A program made the translations under genes and the position numbers. The notes under the pieces are model-generated. The model was not told the origin of the DNA and did not search any database. It worked only from the letters and a program-made list of their open reading frames with translations. A DNA stretch of 64,000 nt from Propionibacteriales bacterium (GTDB lineage: Bacteria > Actinomycetota > Actinomycetes > Propionibacteriales > Propionibacteriaceae): positions 910-64,909 of the forward strand of contig JBBSOW010000001.1 in NCBI GenBank assembly GCA_038259365.1, read 5' to 3'. Of this stretch, positions 7,201 to 17,335 are shown piece by piece (position 1 is the first letter of the stretch; each line of letters begins with the position of its first letter).

Positions 7201-9805
7201 GAAGGCGTGCCTGAGTGGCCAGCACGAGCCGGTCCAAGATGTCGCGGACGTCACCGTTCTCTAACGAGGGTTCGCTCAACCAACGCTGCAACAATGCGGT
7301 GACCAGTTGGACCTCGAGGCCAGACCTCTGCTGGGCCAAGAAGATTCGGAACACCGCGTGCTCCAACTCGGGAGTTCGGTCCAGTTCGGTGACCTCGTAA
7401 TGGGCGAGAACGCGGGAAAGCTTGTGGACAAACGATTCCGGAAGCCCGCCACGCTCGGTGTCGAGGGATTGCAGGTAGGTGTGAAAGTACTCCCGCGGGG
7501 TATGCACCCGGTTCTCGAGGTGCAGGTCCTCACCGCCGGGCCGGTTGCGCGAGAGTTCCCACAGATCGGCCGAGGCCGTGAGCATGGGCAGTTCGGCACG
7601 CGCCGGCGAGCCACCGGCCGCGAGCACGCTCGATCGTTCCTCGAGGTAGGCCTCCAGGGTGCTGATCTCGGCGTTCGGGTCGATGTCGTAGCCCAGCAGC
7701 ATGGCGTAGAGATCGCGGCGGCAGCGCGAAGCCAGTTCCGCGTCGTCGGTGGCCACCGAGTCCGATGAGGGCAGGTCCAGATCCACCGCTTCGCCGGCCT
7801 CGGCGATCACCTCGGCTCCTTCGCCGACGGGCTCGAGACGGACCAACGGGGCGCCGGTGCTGACCTGGCTGCCGACCGAGGCCAACAGCTCCTTGACGCG
7901 GGCCTCGAACGGCGCCGGTAGCACCGTCTCCATCTTCATCGATTCCAGCACCAACACCGGCGCCCCCGCGGCCACCCGATCGCCGACCCGCACAGGGGTG
8001 GCGACCACCAGGGCCGGGGCGGGGGAGCGCAGCACACCCCCCTCGTCGAGGCTGACACGGTGGGTGACCCCGTCCACCTCGATGAGCTGCACCGGCCCGT
8101 GGGTCGCGGTGACGAGGCGGTGGGTCGACCCGCCGACGGTGAGGCGGCTTCGGTAGGAATCGATGCGATCCATCTGGGCGACGACGGTGTGCTCGCTCTC
8201 ACCGTTTTTGAGCACGACGCGGAAGCGGTGGGGGCCGGTGCGAAACAGCGTCACCTTATAGGTGGCCCCGCGCAGTTTCACGTCGATGGCGCGGCCCGTC
8301 TCGTGCTGCACCTGCGGCCGCCCGCCGCGAGCGGTCTCGATCAGCCGGGTCCGCTCGATGTCCTCTTCGGCCTCGTAGGCCTCGATACCGGCGGCCACGA
8401 GGGCGATCCCGGAGTGTTGCTGGGCGACGAGCCGGCCCTCGGCGCGCACGCGGTCGATCCAACCGGTGTCGGCGCTGCCGTCGATGACCTCGGGCGCGTT
8501 CAACAGGTCGATGACGAAGCTCTTGTTGGTGGACCCGCCCTCGATCACCACCGTGGTCTCGGCCATGGCGCGGCGCAACCGGGCCAGAGCCTCCGCGCGG
8601 TCACGGCCGGAGGCGATGATCTTGGCGATCATGGAATCGAAGTCGGCCGGAATGGCATCGCCCTCGCCCACTCCGGTGTCGACGCGGATACCCGGGCCCG
8701 ACGGCAGATCCAGCACGGCGATCCGGCCGGGAGCGGGGGCAAAGTCGCGGTCGGGATCCTCGGCGTTGAGCCGGGCCTCGACGGCGTGGCCCAGTTCGGC
8801 GGGCTTCTCGCCCTCGAGCCGGCCACCGCCCGCAACATGGATCTGCAGCTTCACCAGGTCCGTGCCCGTGGTGATCTCGGTGATGGGGTGTTCGACCTGC
8901 AGGCGGGTGTTGACCTCCAAGAAGGCGAAGAACCGATCGTCCGGGTGGTAAAGGAACTCCACGGTGCCCGCGCCGACGTAGCCGACCTCGACGGCCAGCC
9001 GTTCGGCGCTGGCCTTGACCTCATCGGCCTGCTCGGCGGTCAGCACCGGCGAAGCCGATTCCTCGATGACCTTTTGGTTGCGTCGCTGCACCGAGCAGTC
9101 GCGGACCCCGAGCGCCCATGCGGTGCCGTGCGAATCGGCGATGATTTGCACCTCGACGTGCCGAGCGCCCGTGACCAGACGCTCCAAGAACACCACGCCG
9201 GAACCGAACGCGCGCTGGGCCTCGTCGCGGGTGCGTTCGTAGGCCTCGGTGAGATCGCCATCGTTGGTTACCTTCCGGATGCCGCGGCCACCACCCCCCG
9301 CGGTGGCCTTCAGCATCAACGGGTAGCCGATCTCGTTCGCGGCGGCCTTGGCGTCGGCCAGCGTCTCGACTCCTCCGCGGCTCCAGGCCGCCACGGGCAC
9401 GCCCACGTCTTCGGCGATGAGCTTGGAACCGATCTTGTCGCCCAGCTTGCGCATGGCTTCCGCGCTGGGGCCGATGAACGTGACGCCCAGCCGCTCGCAC
9501 AGCTCGGCGAACTTAGGATCCTCGGCCACAAAGCCCCAGCCCACCCAGGCGGCGTCGGCACCCGTCTCGGTGAGGGCACGCTCCAAGACCGCGTAGTCCA
9601 GGTAGGGCCGATTCACTGCCGGTCCGAGATCGTAGGCGTGATCGGCCTCGCGCACGAACATCGCGCGCCGCTCGCCTTCGGTGTGCAGGGCTACGGTCTC
9701 GATCCGGTGCCCCTGTGGCCGGGCTTGGGCGTTGAGGTCGCGAACGGCATGAATCAGCCGCATGGCGGACTCGCCGCGGTTGACGATGGCTATACGCGCA
9801 AACAT
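4298..9805 (-). CDS. Single-chain multidomain biotin-dependent acyl-CoA carboxylase (BC-BCCP-central region-CT)
   Basis: 1835-aa ORF with AGGAGG upstream of ATG 9805. The N-terminus is a biotin carboxylase/ATP-grasp (MFARIAIVNRGESAMRLIHA, KATAGGGGRGIR, EVNTRLQVEHPITE). The biotinyl domain carries ESMKME, with the Lys codon at 7934..7936. The C-terminal ~600 aa hold carboxyltransferase N and C halves. Confidence 0.9.
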   Translation of the reverse strand: MFARIAIVNRGESAMRLIHAVRDLNAQARPQGHRIETVALHTEGERRAMFVREADHAYDLGPAVNRPYLDYAVLERALTETGADAAWVGWGFVAEDPKFAELCERLGVTFIGPSAEAMRKLGDKIGSKLIAEDVGVPVAAWSRGGVETLADAKAAANEIGYPLMLKATAGGGGRGIRKVTNDGDLTEAYERTRDEAQRAFGSGVVFLERLVTGARHVEVQIIADSHGTAWALGVRDCSVQRRNQKVIEESASPVLTAEQADEVKASAERLAVEVGYVGAGTVEFLYHPDDRFFAFLEVNTRLQVEHPITEITTGTDLVKLQIHVAGGGRLEGEKPAELGHAVEARLNAEDPDRDFAPAPGRIAVLDLPSGPGIRVDTGVGEGDAIPADFDSMIAKIIASGRDRAEALARLRRAMAETTVVIEGGSTNKSFVIDLLNAPEVIDGSADTGWIDRVRAEGRLVAQQHSGIALVAAGIEAYEAEEDIERTRLIETARGGRPQVQHETGRAIDVKLRGATYKVTLFRTGPHRFRVVLKNGESEHTVVAQMDRIDSYRSRLTVGGSTHRLVTATHGPVQLIEVDGVTHRVSLDEGGVLRSPAPALVVATPVRVGDRVAAGAPVLVLESMKMETVLPAPFEARVKELLASVGSQVSTGAPLVRLEPVGEGAEVIAEAGEAVDLDLPSSDSVATDDAELASRCRRDLYAMLLGYDIDPNAEISTLEAYLEERSSVLAAGGSPARAELPMLTASADLWELSRNRPGGEDLHLENRVHTPREYFHTYLQSLDTERGGLPESFVHKLSRVLAHYEVTELDRTPELEHAVFRIFLAQQRSGLEVQLVTALLQRWLSEPSLENGDVRDILDRLVLATQARLPVVSDLARSVRFRWFDQPLVDTERQSVLGGVADELQALASLEPGPDRDARIDTLAAIPEKMIGFLAERIQDGELPRDEPMLAVLIKRHYRQHTMTGLRELAVDDRPFAIADYVLDDRPTHLVSTIGRVAELSPGSGLVKAVDAQLAAAPQGHESVVDLYLSWPAAPEQAEDVSASLANTLSALDFPRLARRVTVTVCPAAEGEIGYFTFRERADGTLVDDVLVRGVHPMVGRRLNLWRLREFDVTRLDAPEDVLLYRCVAPGNDADQRLVALAQVRQLAVIRDEEGRVIGLPHAERAIANCLQAIRQARASSDGSARLDMNHVWVHIWPKVEADMDQLTSLKDKIAPMTTGAGIEELLVEGTIGFSDGLELVRTAHFTYQPGSGVVGSMHRPPLERLKPLDDYRQKVVRARRRGFVYPYELQAMIAGRGGKAREYDLDESGGLVEVDRPYGHNTAGVITGVVSTPTQRYPEGIKRVLIAGDPLKSLGAVSEAECRRIIAALDLAESMGVPVEWFAISAGARISMDSGTENMDWVAKALKRIVEFTQAGGEINIVVAGINVGAQPYWNAEATMLMHTKGILVMTPESAMVLTGKQSLDFSGGVSAEDNFGIGGFDRVMGPNGQAQYWAPDLAGALRVLMAHYKHSYVAPGDSGPRRAPTDDPHDRDITAYPHTGGDAGFTTVGDIFSSATNPDRKKPFDIRMVMAAVADADHKTLERWAQMADAETAVVYDAHLGGLPVCLIGIESQSVPRRGFPPTDGPDAYTSGTLFPKSSKKAAHAINAASGNRPLVVLANLSGFDGSPESMRNLQLEYGAEIGRAIVNFAGPIVFCVISRYHGGAFVVFSKALNPQMTVLAVEGSFASVIGGAPAAAVVFTREVDARTAKDVRVADIEARLAEASGAERAALVAQLAEVRRDVRSEKLGEVANDFDRVHNIYRAVEVGSVDEVVAASQLRAKIISSLEKGLGLS

Positions 9806-9908
9806 CGGGTGTGCGTTCCTCCTACGGCGACGACGACGAAGGGGACCCTCGGCGTCGCCTTCGGTCCAACCCTAACGGCGTCTAGCGCGTCCGTGGCGCA
9901 GGCGCCCC

Positions 9909-11807
9909 CTAGCGCTGGCGAACCCCGACGAGGGCGGGGTCGTGGTCCGACGCCGCGTAGGGGCCGGGGGCATAGAAGTCGACGAGGTTGTAGTTGCGGC
10001 GCGAGTATTGCATCGCCACCGACTCGTCGGCGTTGATGTCCCAGACTCCCGCGCCGGTCACGAGCTCCGCTGCGGCGGCGTTGGCGAAAATGTGGTCGAG
10101 AGAACCGAGCCGACCGCCGTACTGGTACGTCGAGGCCGACTCCGAGCCAAACCGCTGCACCGCGTTGACGAAGCCCGCCCGCTCGATGATCTGCACCGGA
10201 GTCTCCTTGGAGTAGGCGTTGAAGTCGCCCATCAGAAACACCGGATCGCCCGCCCAAGCCTGCTCGACCCACCCGGTCAGGGCGAAAGCCTGGGCCTCCC
10301 GGGACGGGTTCGATAGGCCCTGGCCCGTTCCGTCGTCGGCCCCGGAACCCTTGGACTTGAAGTGATTCGCGACGGCCACGAACTCGTTCCCGTTGCGGTC
10401 GGCCGGGGCAAAGCGTTGCGCCAGCGGATAGCGCGCGTTGGCGAAGCTGCCATCGAGCAGGATCTCGGAGGCTCCCTGGGGTGTCACCGCGCTCGGCTGG
10501 TAGATGAAGGCGGTCCGGATGATGTCTTCACCGGGAGCGCTGACGACGGGGCTTGGGACGTAGCCCCAGCGGTCGCTTGACGTGACCGCCTGGGCGTTGA
10601 GCGCATCCACCAGTGCCGAAAGGGCGCGATCGCGTGGGTGGGAGGCGTAGCTGAGGGCCGCCGAGTTCTCCACCTCCATGAGCGCCACGACCTCGGCGTC
10701 GAGCCCGTTGATAGCCGAGATGATCTTGCGTTGCTGATCGCTCAGCGCATCGGGGGTGTAGGCGCCGCGGACCTGGCAGTAGTCCGCGGTGACGGGATTG
10801 CCGTCGCGGTCGACGTAGGCCTCGCAGCCCTCCTCGTCTTGGCCGAGGTCGGTGAAGTAGTTGAGCACGTTGAAGGTGGCCAACTGCAGGTCCCCGCCCA
10901 CCTTCGGCGCCTTGGCGGGGCGGTCGTTGACGGTCCGCAGGAAGCGTTGGTCGCTGCCGACGACCTGGGCGAGCGGCTGATAGTTCCACTGGAACCGGTA
11001 GTCCAGGACGACGGGCTTGGTGAAGTAGACAGCGGAGTTGGTCCGCATCGGGGTTCTTTGGGAGAGGTAGGGCAACGGGCTGTCCTGGGCGGCCGGGTTG
11101 CGCAGGTAGTCCCAGCTGGCACCGTCGTCGAGGGTGATGTAGCGGGCCTGTTGGGCGGCCTCGAACGCGGCCGCCTCCTCGGGGACGACGACGTCGGTGG
11201 CGGTCCGCAGCGGTTGGCGCCCGGGGGTGAGGCCCACCTGGCCGTACTGGTTGAGCTGGTAGTTGTTCGTGATAGTGTGCGGGCCAAAGGGGCGCACTAG
11301 CATGCCCTCGTAGCGCTCCTTCTCGGCTTCGGTGGCAGGCACCACGCGCAGTCTCACGGGCCTGGCAGGGGCGCAGGCCCCCACGCCTTCGGACAGCACC
11401 GCGCCGGTGAGTTCGGTCAGGCCGCGGTACTCGGTGACCGAGGCGGTGACGGTGTAGCACTCCCCGACGCTCACGTCGGTACGGCCGTAGACGAACACCC
11501 CGTCGGAGGAGTCGGCCGCCTTCTTGATCAAGCCCCCACTGCCCGGGGTTTGCAGGTAGAACCCGTTGAATCCGCCGGTGGGATAGTTGGCGGTGACGAT
11601 GCCGCGCGTGGTCACCCGGCTACCCGCCAACGGACTGGCCGCGCCGGGTCCTTGGATCTCGGCGATCGCGACTGGCGCGGCCGGGCCCGCCTGGGCCGGA
11701 GCCATGGGCGCGAACACCATCGCCATACCTACCCCCGTACCGGTGGCCAGTGCCCGGATCGCTCGGCGATGCCGATTCGGGAACCTACCCGATGTTTTCG
11801 TCGACAT
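9909..11807 (-). CDS. ExeM/NucH-family extracellular nuclease (endonuclease/exonuclease/phosphatase fold)
   Basis: AAGGA RBS upstream. Signal region RHRRAIRALATGTGVGMAMVFAPMAPAQA. N-terminal IAEIQGPGAASPLAGSRVTTRGIVTANYPTGGFNGFYLQTPG is typical of ExeM/NucH. The EEP C-terminus ends in ASDHDPALV. Confidence 0.8.
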   Translation of the reverse strand: MSTKTSGRFPNRHRRAIRALATGTGVGMAMVFAPMAPAQAGPAAPVAIAEIQGPGAASPLAGSRVTTRGIVTANYPTGGFNGFYLQTPGSGGLIKKAADSSDGVFVYGRTDVSVGECYTVTASVTEYRGLTELTGAVLSEGVGACAPARPVRLRVVPATEAEKERYEGMLVRPFGPHTITNNYQLNQYGQVGLTPGRQPLRTATDVVVPEEAAAFEAAQQARYITLDDGASWDYLRNPAAQDSPLPYLSQRTPMRTNSAVYFTKPVVLDYRFQWNYQPLAQVVGSDQRFLRTVNDRPAKAPKVGGDLQLATFNVLNYFTDLGQDEEGCEAYVDRDGNPVTADYCQVRGAYTPDALSDQQRKIISAINGLDAEVVALMEVENSAALSYASHPRDRALSALVDALNAQAVTSSDRWGYVPSPVVSAPGEDIIRTAFIYQPSAVTPQGASEILLDGSFANARYPLAQRFAPADRNGNEFVAVANHFKSKGSGADDGTGQGLSNPSREAQAFALTGWVEQAWAGDPVFLMGDFNAYSKETPVQIIERAGFVNAVQRFGSESASTYQYGGRLGSLDHIFANAAAAELVTGAGVWDINADESVAMQYSRRNYNLVDFYAPGPYAASDHDPALVGVRQR

Positions 11808-12099
11808 GGCAGACGTCCTTGGGGGGTGATGGGTGTCTTAGCGGATACTCGAAAGCTACCCCGCGTCTCCGACAGTTGAGAAGGGTTCGCGAGAAATGAG
11901 CGGGGGGCACGGGCAACTCGGCACGGCCGGATTGACCAAGACCGAGCGCTCGATGGGGATTCTCGGGCGGTGGCGGCGAACGCCGGGTGAACGTGGCCTG
12001 GCTTGCCCGTCGGCTCAAGGAGCCGGCCAGCGCGTCGAACCCTTGACACCCGCCGCCGTTGGCGGTTGCATGAGATCACCCCCGGTTGAGGACGTTTCA

Positions 12100-15000
12100 A
12101 TGAAGACACGCATCCCCTTTTCGGCCGCCGCCGCGTTGGCCGCTCTCTCGCTCTTGGCTGGCCTGTCGCAGCCCATCCCGGCGGCCGCCGACCCGCTGCA
12201 GGTGACCCTGGTGGGATCGTTGCAGGACGAGCTCGGCTGCCCTGGCGATTGGCAGCCCGGGTGCACCGACACGGTGCTCGATCCGGTGCCGGGCAAGGCG
12301 GATCTCTACACGGGCAGCTTCGAGCTGCGGAAGGGCAGCTATGAGTACAAGGTCGCCATCGGCGGATCCTGGGACGAGAACTACGGGGCCGACGGCGTCG
12401 CGGGTGGCGCCAACCTCACGCTCGCCGCACCGGGCGGCACGGTGAGCTTCAGCTACGACGCCACCACGCACGTCATCAGCGACGACGCGCCCAAGGGCCT
12501 CGTCGGCGACCAGTCGGCCCAATGGCTCACCAAGGAGATCATCGCCCTCCGGCTGCCGGCCGGATCGAGCACCTACCGCGGATTCGCTGCCGCCGAGGGC
12601 GGGCTGCGGCGGGAGGGGGAGGACATCGTTGGAGGAGAGTCGGTCGACCTCAAGGCCCAGGAGCTGCCCGCCAGCCTGCTGGCTAAACACCCGCAACTCA
12701 AGGGTTATGCGGCGCTGCGGGTGCCATCGGAGCTGACCGCCAGCCTGCGAGGGCTGCTCACCGGCGAACTAGCCGTGGCCTCTTACGGCAAGGATGGCCG
12801 CATCGTCGCGGTGACAGGCGTGCAGATCCCCTGGGTGTTGGACGCGCTCTACCCCAGAGCCGCCGAACGCCGGCTCGGGCCGAGTTGGACGCGGGGGATC
12901 CCGACGCTCGCGCTGTGGGCCCCCACGGCAAAGTCGGTGGCCCTGCTGCTCAGCGACGACGACGGGGTGGAGCGGCGGGTCGCGATGAGCCGTGACAGCG
13001 ACGGCGTGTGGTCGGTGGCGGGCAAGAAGGGCTGGCGGAACGCCCCCTACCGCTTCGAGGTCAAGGTGTTCGTGCCCAACCTCGGCGCCGTGGCGACCAA
13101 CCAGGTCACCGACCCCTACTCGGTGGCTCTCACCACCAACTCCGAGCGATCGGTGTTGGCGGATCTGGATTCCGCGGCGCTGAAACCCAAGGGGTGGAAG
13201 AAGCTACGCAAGCCCAAGCTCACCACGCCGGAACGATCCACCATCTATGAGCTGCACGTGCGGGACTTCTCGATCTCCGACGCCAGCGTCGAGCGGGACA
13301 AGCGCGGCACCTACCTCGCCTTCACGGACCCGAGAACCGAGGGCATGCGGCACCTGCGGACCCTGGCCCGCGCCGGGCTGAACACCGTCCATCTGCTCCC
13401 CGTCAACGACATCGCCTCCATCGAGGAGGATCGGGCAAAGCAGCAGGAACCCCAGTGCGATCTGGCGGCGTACGCCCCCGACAGCGAGGAGCAGCAGGCC
13501 TGCGTCGACGCGGTCGCGGCCAACGACGGCTTCAACTGGGGTTACGATCCACTGCACTACACCGCCCCCGAAGGCTCGTACTCGACCGACCCGGACGGCA
13601 CCGCGCGGAATCTCGAGTTCCGCCAGATGGTGCAGGGGTTGAACAAGATCGGCCAGCGGGTGGTCATGGACGTGGTCTACAATCACACCCCGGCCGCCGG
13701 GCAGGCCGAGAAGTCCATCCTCGATCGGGTCGTTCCCGGTTACTACCATCGGCTGAGCCCCGGGGGTCAGGTCGAGACGTCAACCTGTTGTTCCAACACA
13801 GCCACCGAGCACGCCATGATGGAAAAGCTCATGATCGATTCGGTGCTCACCTGGGCCAAGCAGTACAAGCTGGACGGCTTCCGGTTCGACCTCATGGGCC
13901 ACCAGCCGAAGTCGGCGATGCTCGAGCTGCGCGCGAGACTGGACAAGCTCACCGTGGCCCGCGACAGCGTCGACGGCAAGCGGATCTACCTCTACGGCGA
14001 GGGCTGGAACTTCGGTGAGGTGGCCGACAACGCCCAGTTCGTCCAGGCCACCCAGGCCGAGATGGCCGGCACCGGCATCGGCACCTTCAACGACCGCTTG
14101 CGTGATTCGGTCCGCGGCGGCGGACCGTTCGATGAGAGTGCGCGGATCCAGGGTTTCGGTAGCGGTCAGTACACCGACCCCAACGGCGATCCGGCGAACG
14201 GCACCGAAGCGGAGCAGAAGGCCAGCCTGCTTCTCAACCAGGATCGGATCCGCGTCGGCCTGGCCGGCAACCTGGCCGACTATCGGTTCATCGACCGCTT
14301 CGGGCGCGCGACCAAGGGCTCCGAGGTGGATTACAACGGATCCGCCACCGGCTACGCCGCCGATCCGCAAGAGACCGTGAATTACGTCTCGGCGCACGAC
14401 AACGAGACCCTGTACGACGCCCTGGTCTACAAGCTCCCGAACGGCACCTCGATGCAGGACCGCGTGCGGATGCAAAACGTCTCGCTGGCCACCACGGCGC
14501 TCGGCCAGGGCGTTTCCTTTTGGCACGCCGGCAGCGATCTGCTGCGGAGCAAATCCCTAGACCGCAACAGCTACAACTCCGGGGATTGGTTCAATGTCCT
14601 CGACTTCACCGGCAACGAGAACGGTTTCGGGCGCGGTCTGCCGCCCAAAGAGGACAACGCAGCGAAGTGGCCGATTCAGCGCGGGCTGTTGGGACGAACC
14701 GGCCTTGATCCGGCCCCGCGCGACGTCTTGATGAGTCGGCGCCAGTCCGAAGAGCTCTTGCGGATCCGCAACAGCACGCCCCTGTTCCACCTCGGCACCG
14801 CCGCGGAGATCCAGAGCAAGGTCCTGTTCGCCAACACGGGACCGGATCAGACCCCGGGCGTCATCGTCATGGCCATCGACGACACCCGCGGCGCCCGGGT
14901 GGACGAGCGGTGGTCCGGCCTGGTCGTGGTCTTCAACGCCGGCCCGAAGGCCACCGAGCAGACGCTTGCCGAGGCCAAGGGCGAGCGGTTGGCCCTGCAC

Positions 15001-15111
15001 CCGGTGCAGCGCTGGAGCTATGACTCGGTCGTGCGCCGGGCGAGCGTCGATCGCGCGACAGGGACGTTCCGCGTGCCCGCCCGCACCGTCGCGGTATTCG
15101 TCCGCCGTTGA
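12100..15111 (+). CDS. pulA: Pullulanase-type alpha-1,6-glucosidase (GH13)
   Basis: ORF 11896.. trimmed to ATG 12100 ([30 protein letters not shown] signal peptide). GH13 regions seen: [29 protein letters not shown]. Confidence 0.85.
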   Translation: MKTRIPFSAAAALAALSLLAGLSQPIPAAADPLQVTLVGSLQDELGCPGDWQPGCTDTVLDPVPGKADLYTGSFELRKGSYEYKVAIGGSWDENYGADGVAGGANLTLAAPGGTVSFSYDATTHVISDDAPKGLVGDQSAQWLTKEIIALRLPAGSSTYRGFAAAEGGLRREGEDIVGGESVDLKAQELPASLLAKHPQLKGYAALRVPSELTASLRGLLTGELAVASYGKDGRIVAVTGVQIPWVLDALYPRAAERRLGPSWTRGIPTLALWAPTAKSVALLLSDDDGVERRVAMSRDSDGVWSVAGKKGWRNAPYRFEVKVFVPNLGAVATNQVTDPYSVALTTNSERSVLADLDSAALKPKGWKKLRKPKLTTPERSTIYELHVRDFSISDASVERDKRGTYLAFTDPRTEGMRHLRTLARAGLNTVHLLPVNDIASIEEDRAKQQEPQCDLAAYAPDSEEQQACVDAVAANDGFNWGYDPLHYTAPEGSYSTDPDGTARNLEFRQMVQGLNKIGQRVVMDVVYNHTPAAGQAEKSILDRVVPGYYHRLSPGGQVETSTCCSNTATEHAMMEKLMIDSVLTWAKQYKLDGFRFDLMGHQPKSAMLELRARLDKLTVARDSVDGKRIYLYGEGWNFGEVADNAQFVQATQAEMAGTGIGTFNDRLRDSVRGGGPFDESARIQGFGSGQYTDPNGDPANGTEAEQKASLLLNQDRIRVGLAGNLADYRFIDRFGRATKGSEVDYNGSATGYAADPQETVNYVSAHDNETLYDALVYKLPNGTSMQDRVRMQNVSLATTALGQGVSFWHAGSDLLRSKSLDRNSYNSGDWFNVLDFTGNENGFGRGLPPKEDNAAKWPIQRGLLGRTGLDPAPRDVLMSRRQSEELLRIRNSTPLFHLGTAAEIQSKVLFANTGPDQTPGVIVMAIDDTRGARVDERWSGLVVVFNAGPKATEQTLAEAKGERLALHPVQRWSYDSVVRRASVDRATGTFRVPARTVAVFVRR

Positions 15112-15314
15112 TCGACCGACCAACAAGGGCGGATCGTTGTATGGTCTGTTAAGAACGTGTCTTGTCATCGTCCGAACGGGGGCCGCGCAAGCGGCAGGGA
15201 AAATTATGAATGTGACGCGGTTGGGGGACCGCGCAGCGTGCTCGAGTTGGGCCCTCGGGCCGGGCTTGGGTCGCTGTCCGTCCCGTTGAATGTCAGTTCG
15301 AAGGCCGGCGGCCG

Positions 15315-17261
15315 GTGACGCAATCGCCGTCCGTTGCCACCCCGCGGCTGCAGCGCCTGCAAGGCTGGGTAGAGGATCGCCAGCGGTCGTTCTTGGTGGT
15401 GCTTTCATTGGTGGCGCTGGCCGCGGTGGTGGTCGGAGTGAACCTCGGTGGAGCTCCGCGGATCACCGCCCTGGAGGGCAGCAATACAGCGCAGGCCTGG
15501 ACGTGGCTGAACCTCACCGAACTGAACTTCGCTGGCTTGGGGGAGTCCCCGCTGAGCTACGCGTCACCGTCTCTGGGATGGCTCCAGCTGGCGGAATGGA
15601 CCCGCCTGAGCGGGGCGTTTCAGCGTTACGACAGCGCGGTGTTCGCAGGCCGAGTGGCCGTGACGGTAGCGCATCTTCTGGCGATTCCGTTGCTGTGGCT
15701 GCTGGCCAGGAAACTGGGCTTGGCGCGCCCGTTCGCGGCCGCGGCTGTGATCGTGTTCGCCCTGTCCCCCCTCGCGGTCCACGCGCACCGTAGCGTCGCG
15801 TTCGCCAACCTGGCCACGCCCTGGCTTCTCGGCGCCTGGCTTCTCGCGCTCGCCCATCGCCGCCAAGCCGTCGCCTTCGCGGGGGCGGCGAGCTGCTTCG
15901 CGATCGCCACCCTCTCCCAGCCCAGCTACGTGATCTTCCTGCCTCTTGTGGCGTGGTCAATGTGGAGAACGGCCACCCGGGAATCTCGCGCGGTGAGGGT
16001 GTCGCTGGCCGCTGTAGTGTTGACCACCGTATACGTAGCTTACTGGCTGGCCACGCGCTGGCTGGGGGCGGCGTTACCCACCGGGGCGCCTCCTCTCGAC
16101 GGGGTGCTGGCCCAGGCGAACCGGGCCGGCGGGGCGTTGTTCACCGTACCCGCCGACGGGTTCGGGTTGGCGCTGGAGCTGCTGCGGTTGGATCCGGTGC
16201 TGGTGATCCTCGCCCCGCTTAGCGCCGTGGTGTGCCTGTTCCGGCGATCCAAGCGGCCACTCGCCGTGAGCCTCATCACTTTGGCGATCCTGCTGCTCAC
16301 GCCCGTCGCGCTGGCGGTGTCCTCTGCATTGGTGATACTGGCGCTGTCGGCGCTCGCGATCGCCGGGGCTGCCGAAATCCTCTGGTCCGTGGCTCAAGGG
16401 GTTAAACACCAGCGCTGGCGGCTCCGATCGGTGGCCGCCGTGGCAGTCTTGGCGGCGGCCGTAGCCGCTGCGGTGCCGCTGTGGGGGATCAGACTGGACG
16501 GGTTGCTGCGCGACGAACAAAATCGCCCGATGACACAGGCCCGAGGCTGGATCGCCGACAACGTGGGTCGCGACTCTCGACTCATTGTTGGACCCGATGT
16601 CTGGGTGGAGCTGCCGAGGTCCGGGTTCGGTATCGACCATGTCACGAGCAGCGATCCAAGCTTCTACGCTGCGGGATTGCCCCGTCCGGATACGAGTTGG
16701 CGCGATTACGAATACGTGATCGACGCTGCTTCGACGCTCGGTGCGGCAACATCCGACACAGCGGAGCGGGCAGTCAGGAACTCCCAGGTGGTGGCCCAGT
16801 TCGGCGAGGGGGACCAGACGGTGAGCGTGCGCCAGGTCTTGCCCGACGGGGTCGCCGAGGCCCGTGCCAGCGAACGCGCCGACCTCGCGGAACGGCGGGC
16901 GGCCGGTGCCGAGGTGATCCGCAACCCCAGCCTTCGCCTAGCGAAGCCGGTGCGCGAGCTCATCGCTGCCGGCCAGCTCGATCCCCGCGCACTGGTGCTC
17001 CTGACGCGGGCAGCGGCGACCGGCACCCTGCAGATCGATGCCCTGCCCGAAGTCGCGGGGGAGGCGGGTAATGACCGGCCTCGCCGCCAGGTACTCATCA
17101 GCGGCCGCGACGGTGCCTTTCTCGACACCCAAGAGGGGGAAGAGCTTGCGAAGACGTTCACCGAGCAAGGCGAGAAGTACCGCCCGTCCGCTGTTCGTCT
17201 GCGAGCCGGATCCCTGCTGCTCACCTGGAATCTCGACTACCCACACGGACTCTTCGGTTGA
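15315..17261 (+). CDS. Polytopic membrane protein, GT-C-like (GT39/ArnT-type) glycosyltransferase candidate with C-terminal soluble domain
   Basis: GTG start. About 10 predicted TM helices in the first ~400 aa, followed by a ~250-aa hydrophilic domain. The family call rests on architecture only. Confidence 0.5.
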   Translation: MTQSPSVATPRLQRLQGWVEDRQRSFLVVLSLVALAAVVVGVNLGGAPRITALEGSNTAQAWTWLNLTELNFAGLGESPLSYASPSLGWLQLAEWTRLSGAFQRYDSAVFAGRVAVTVAHLLAIPLLWLLARKLGLARPFAAAAVIVFALSPLAVHAHRSVAFANLATPWLLGAWLLALAHRRQAVAFAGAASCFAIATLSQPSYVIFLPLVAWSMWRTATRESRAVRVSLAAVVLTTVYVAYWLATRWLGAALPTGAPPLDGVLAQANRAGGALFTVPADGFGLALELLRLDPVLVILAPLSAVVCLFRRSKRPLAVSLITLAILLLTPVALAVSSALVILALSALAIAGAAEILWSVAQGVKHQRWRLRSVAAVAVLAAAVAAAVPLWGIRLDGLLRDEQNRPMTQARGWIADNVGRDSRLIVGPDVWVELPRSGFGIDHVTSSDPSFYAAGLPRPDTSWRDYEYVIDAASTLGAATSDTAERAVRNSQVVAQFGEGDQTVSVRQVLPDGVAEARASERADLAERRAAGAEVIRNPSLRLAKPVRELIAAGQLDPRALVLLTRAAATGTLQIDALPEVAGEAGNDRPRRQVLISGRDGAFLDTQEGEELAKTFTEQGEKYRPSAVRLRAGSLLLTWNLDYPHGLFG

Positions 17262-17335
17262 GGAGTCCCCATCCGCAACAACCCGTCCAGACGAACTGCT
17301 AAGAACCAACCACGCTACGAAGGAGCTCACCAGAA

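Noticed and set aside
9806-9908. Stem GGCGACG..CGTCGCC between the nuclease stop and the carboxylase start, as a possible terminator
   Set aside because: It has only 7 bp and a ~20-nt loop, with no U-tract. That is too weak to call.
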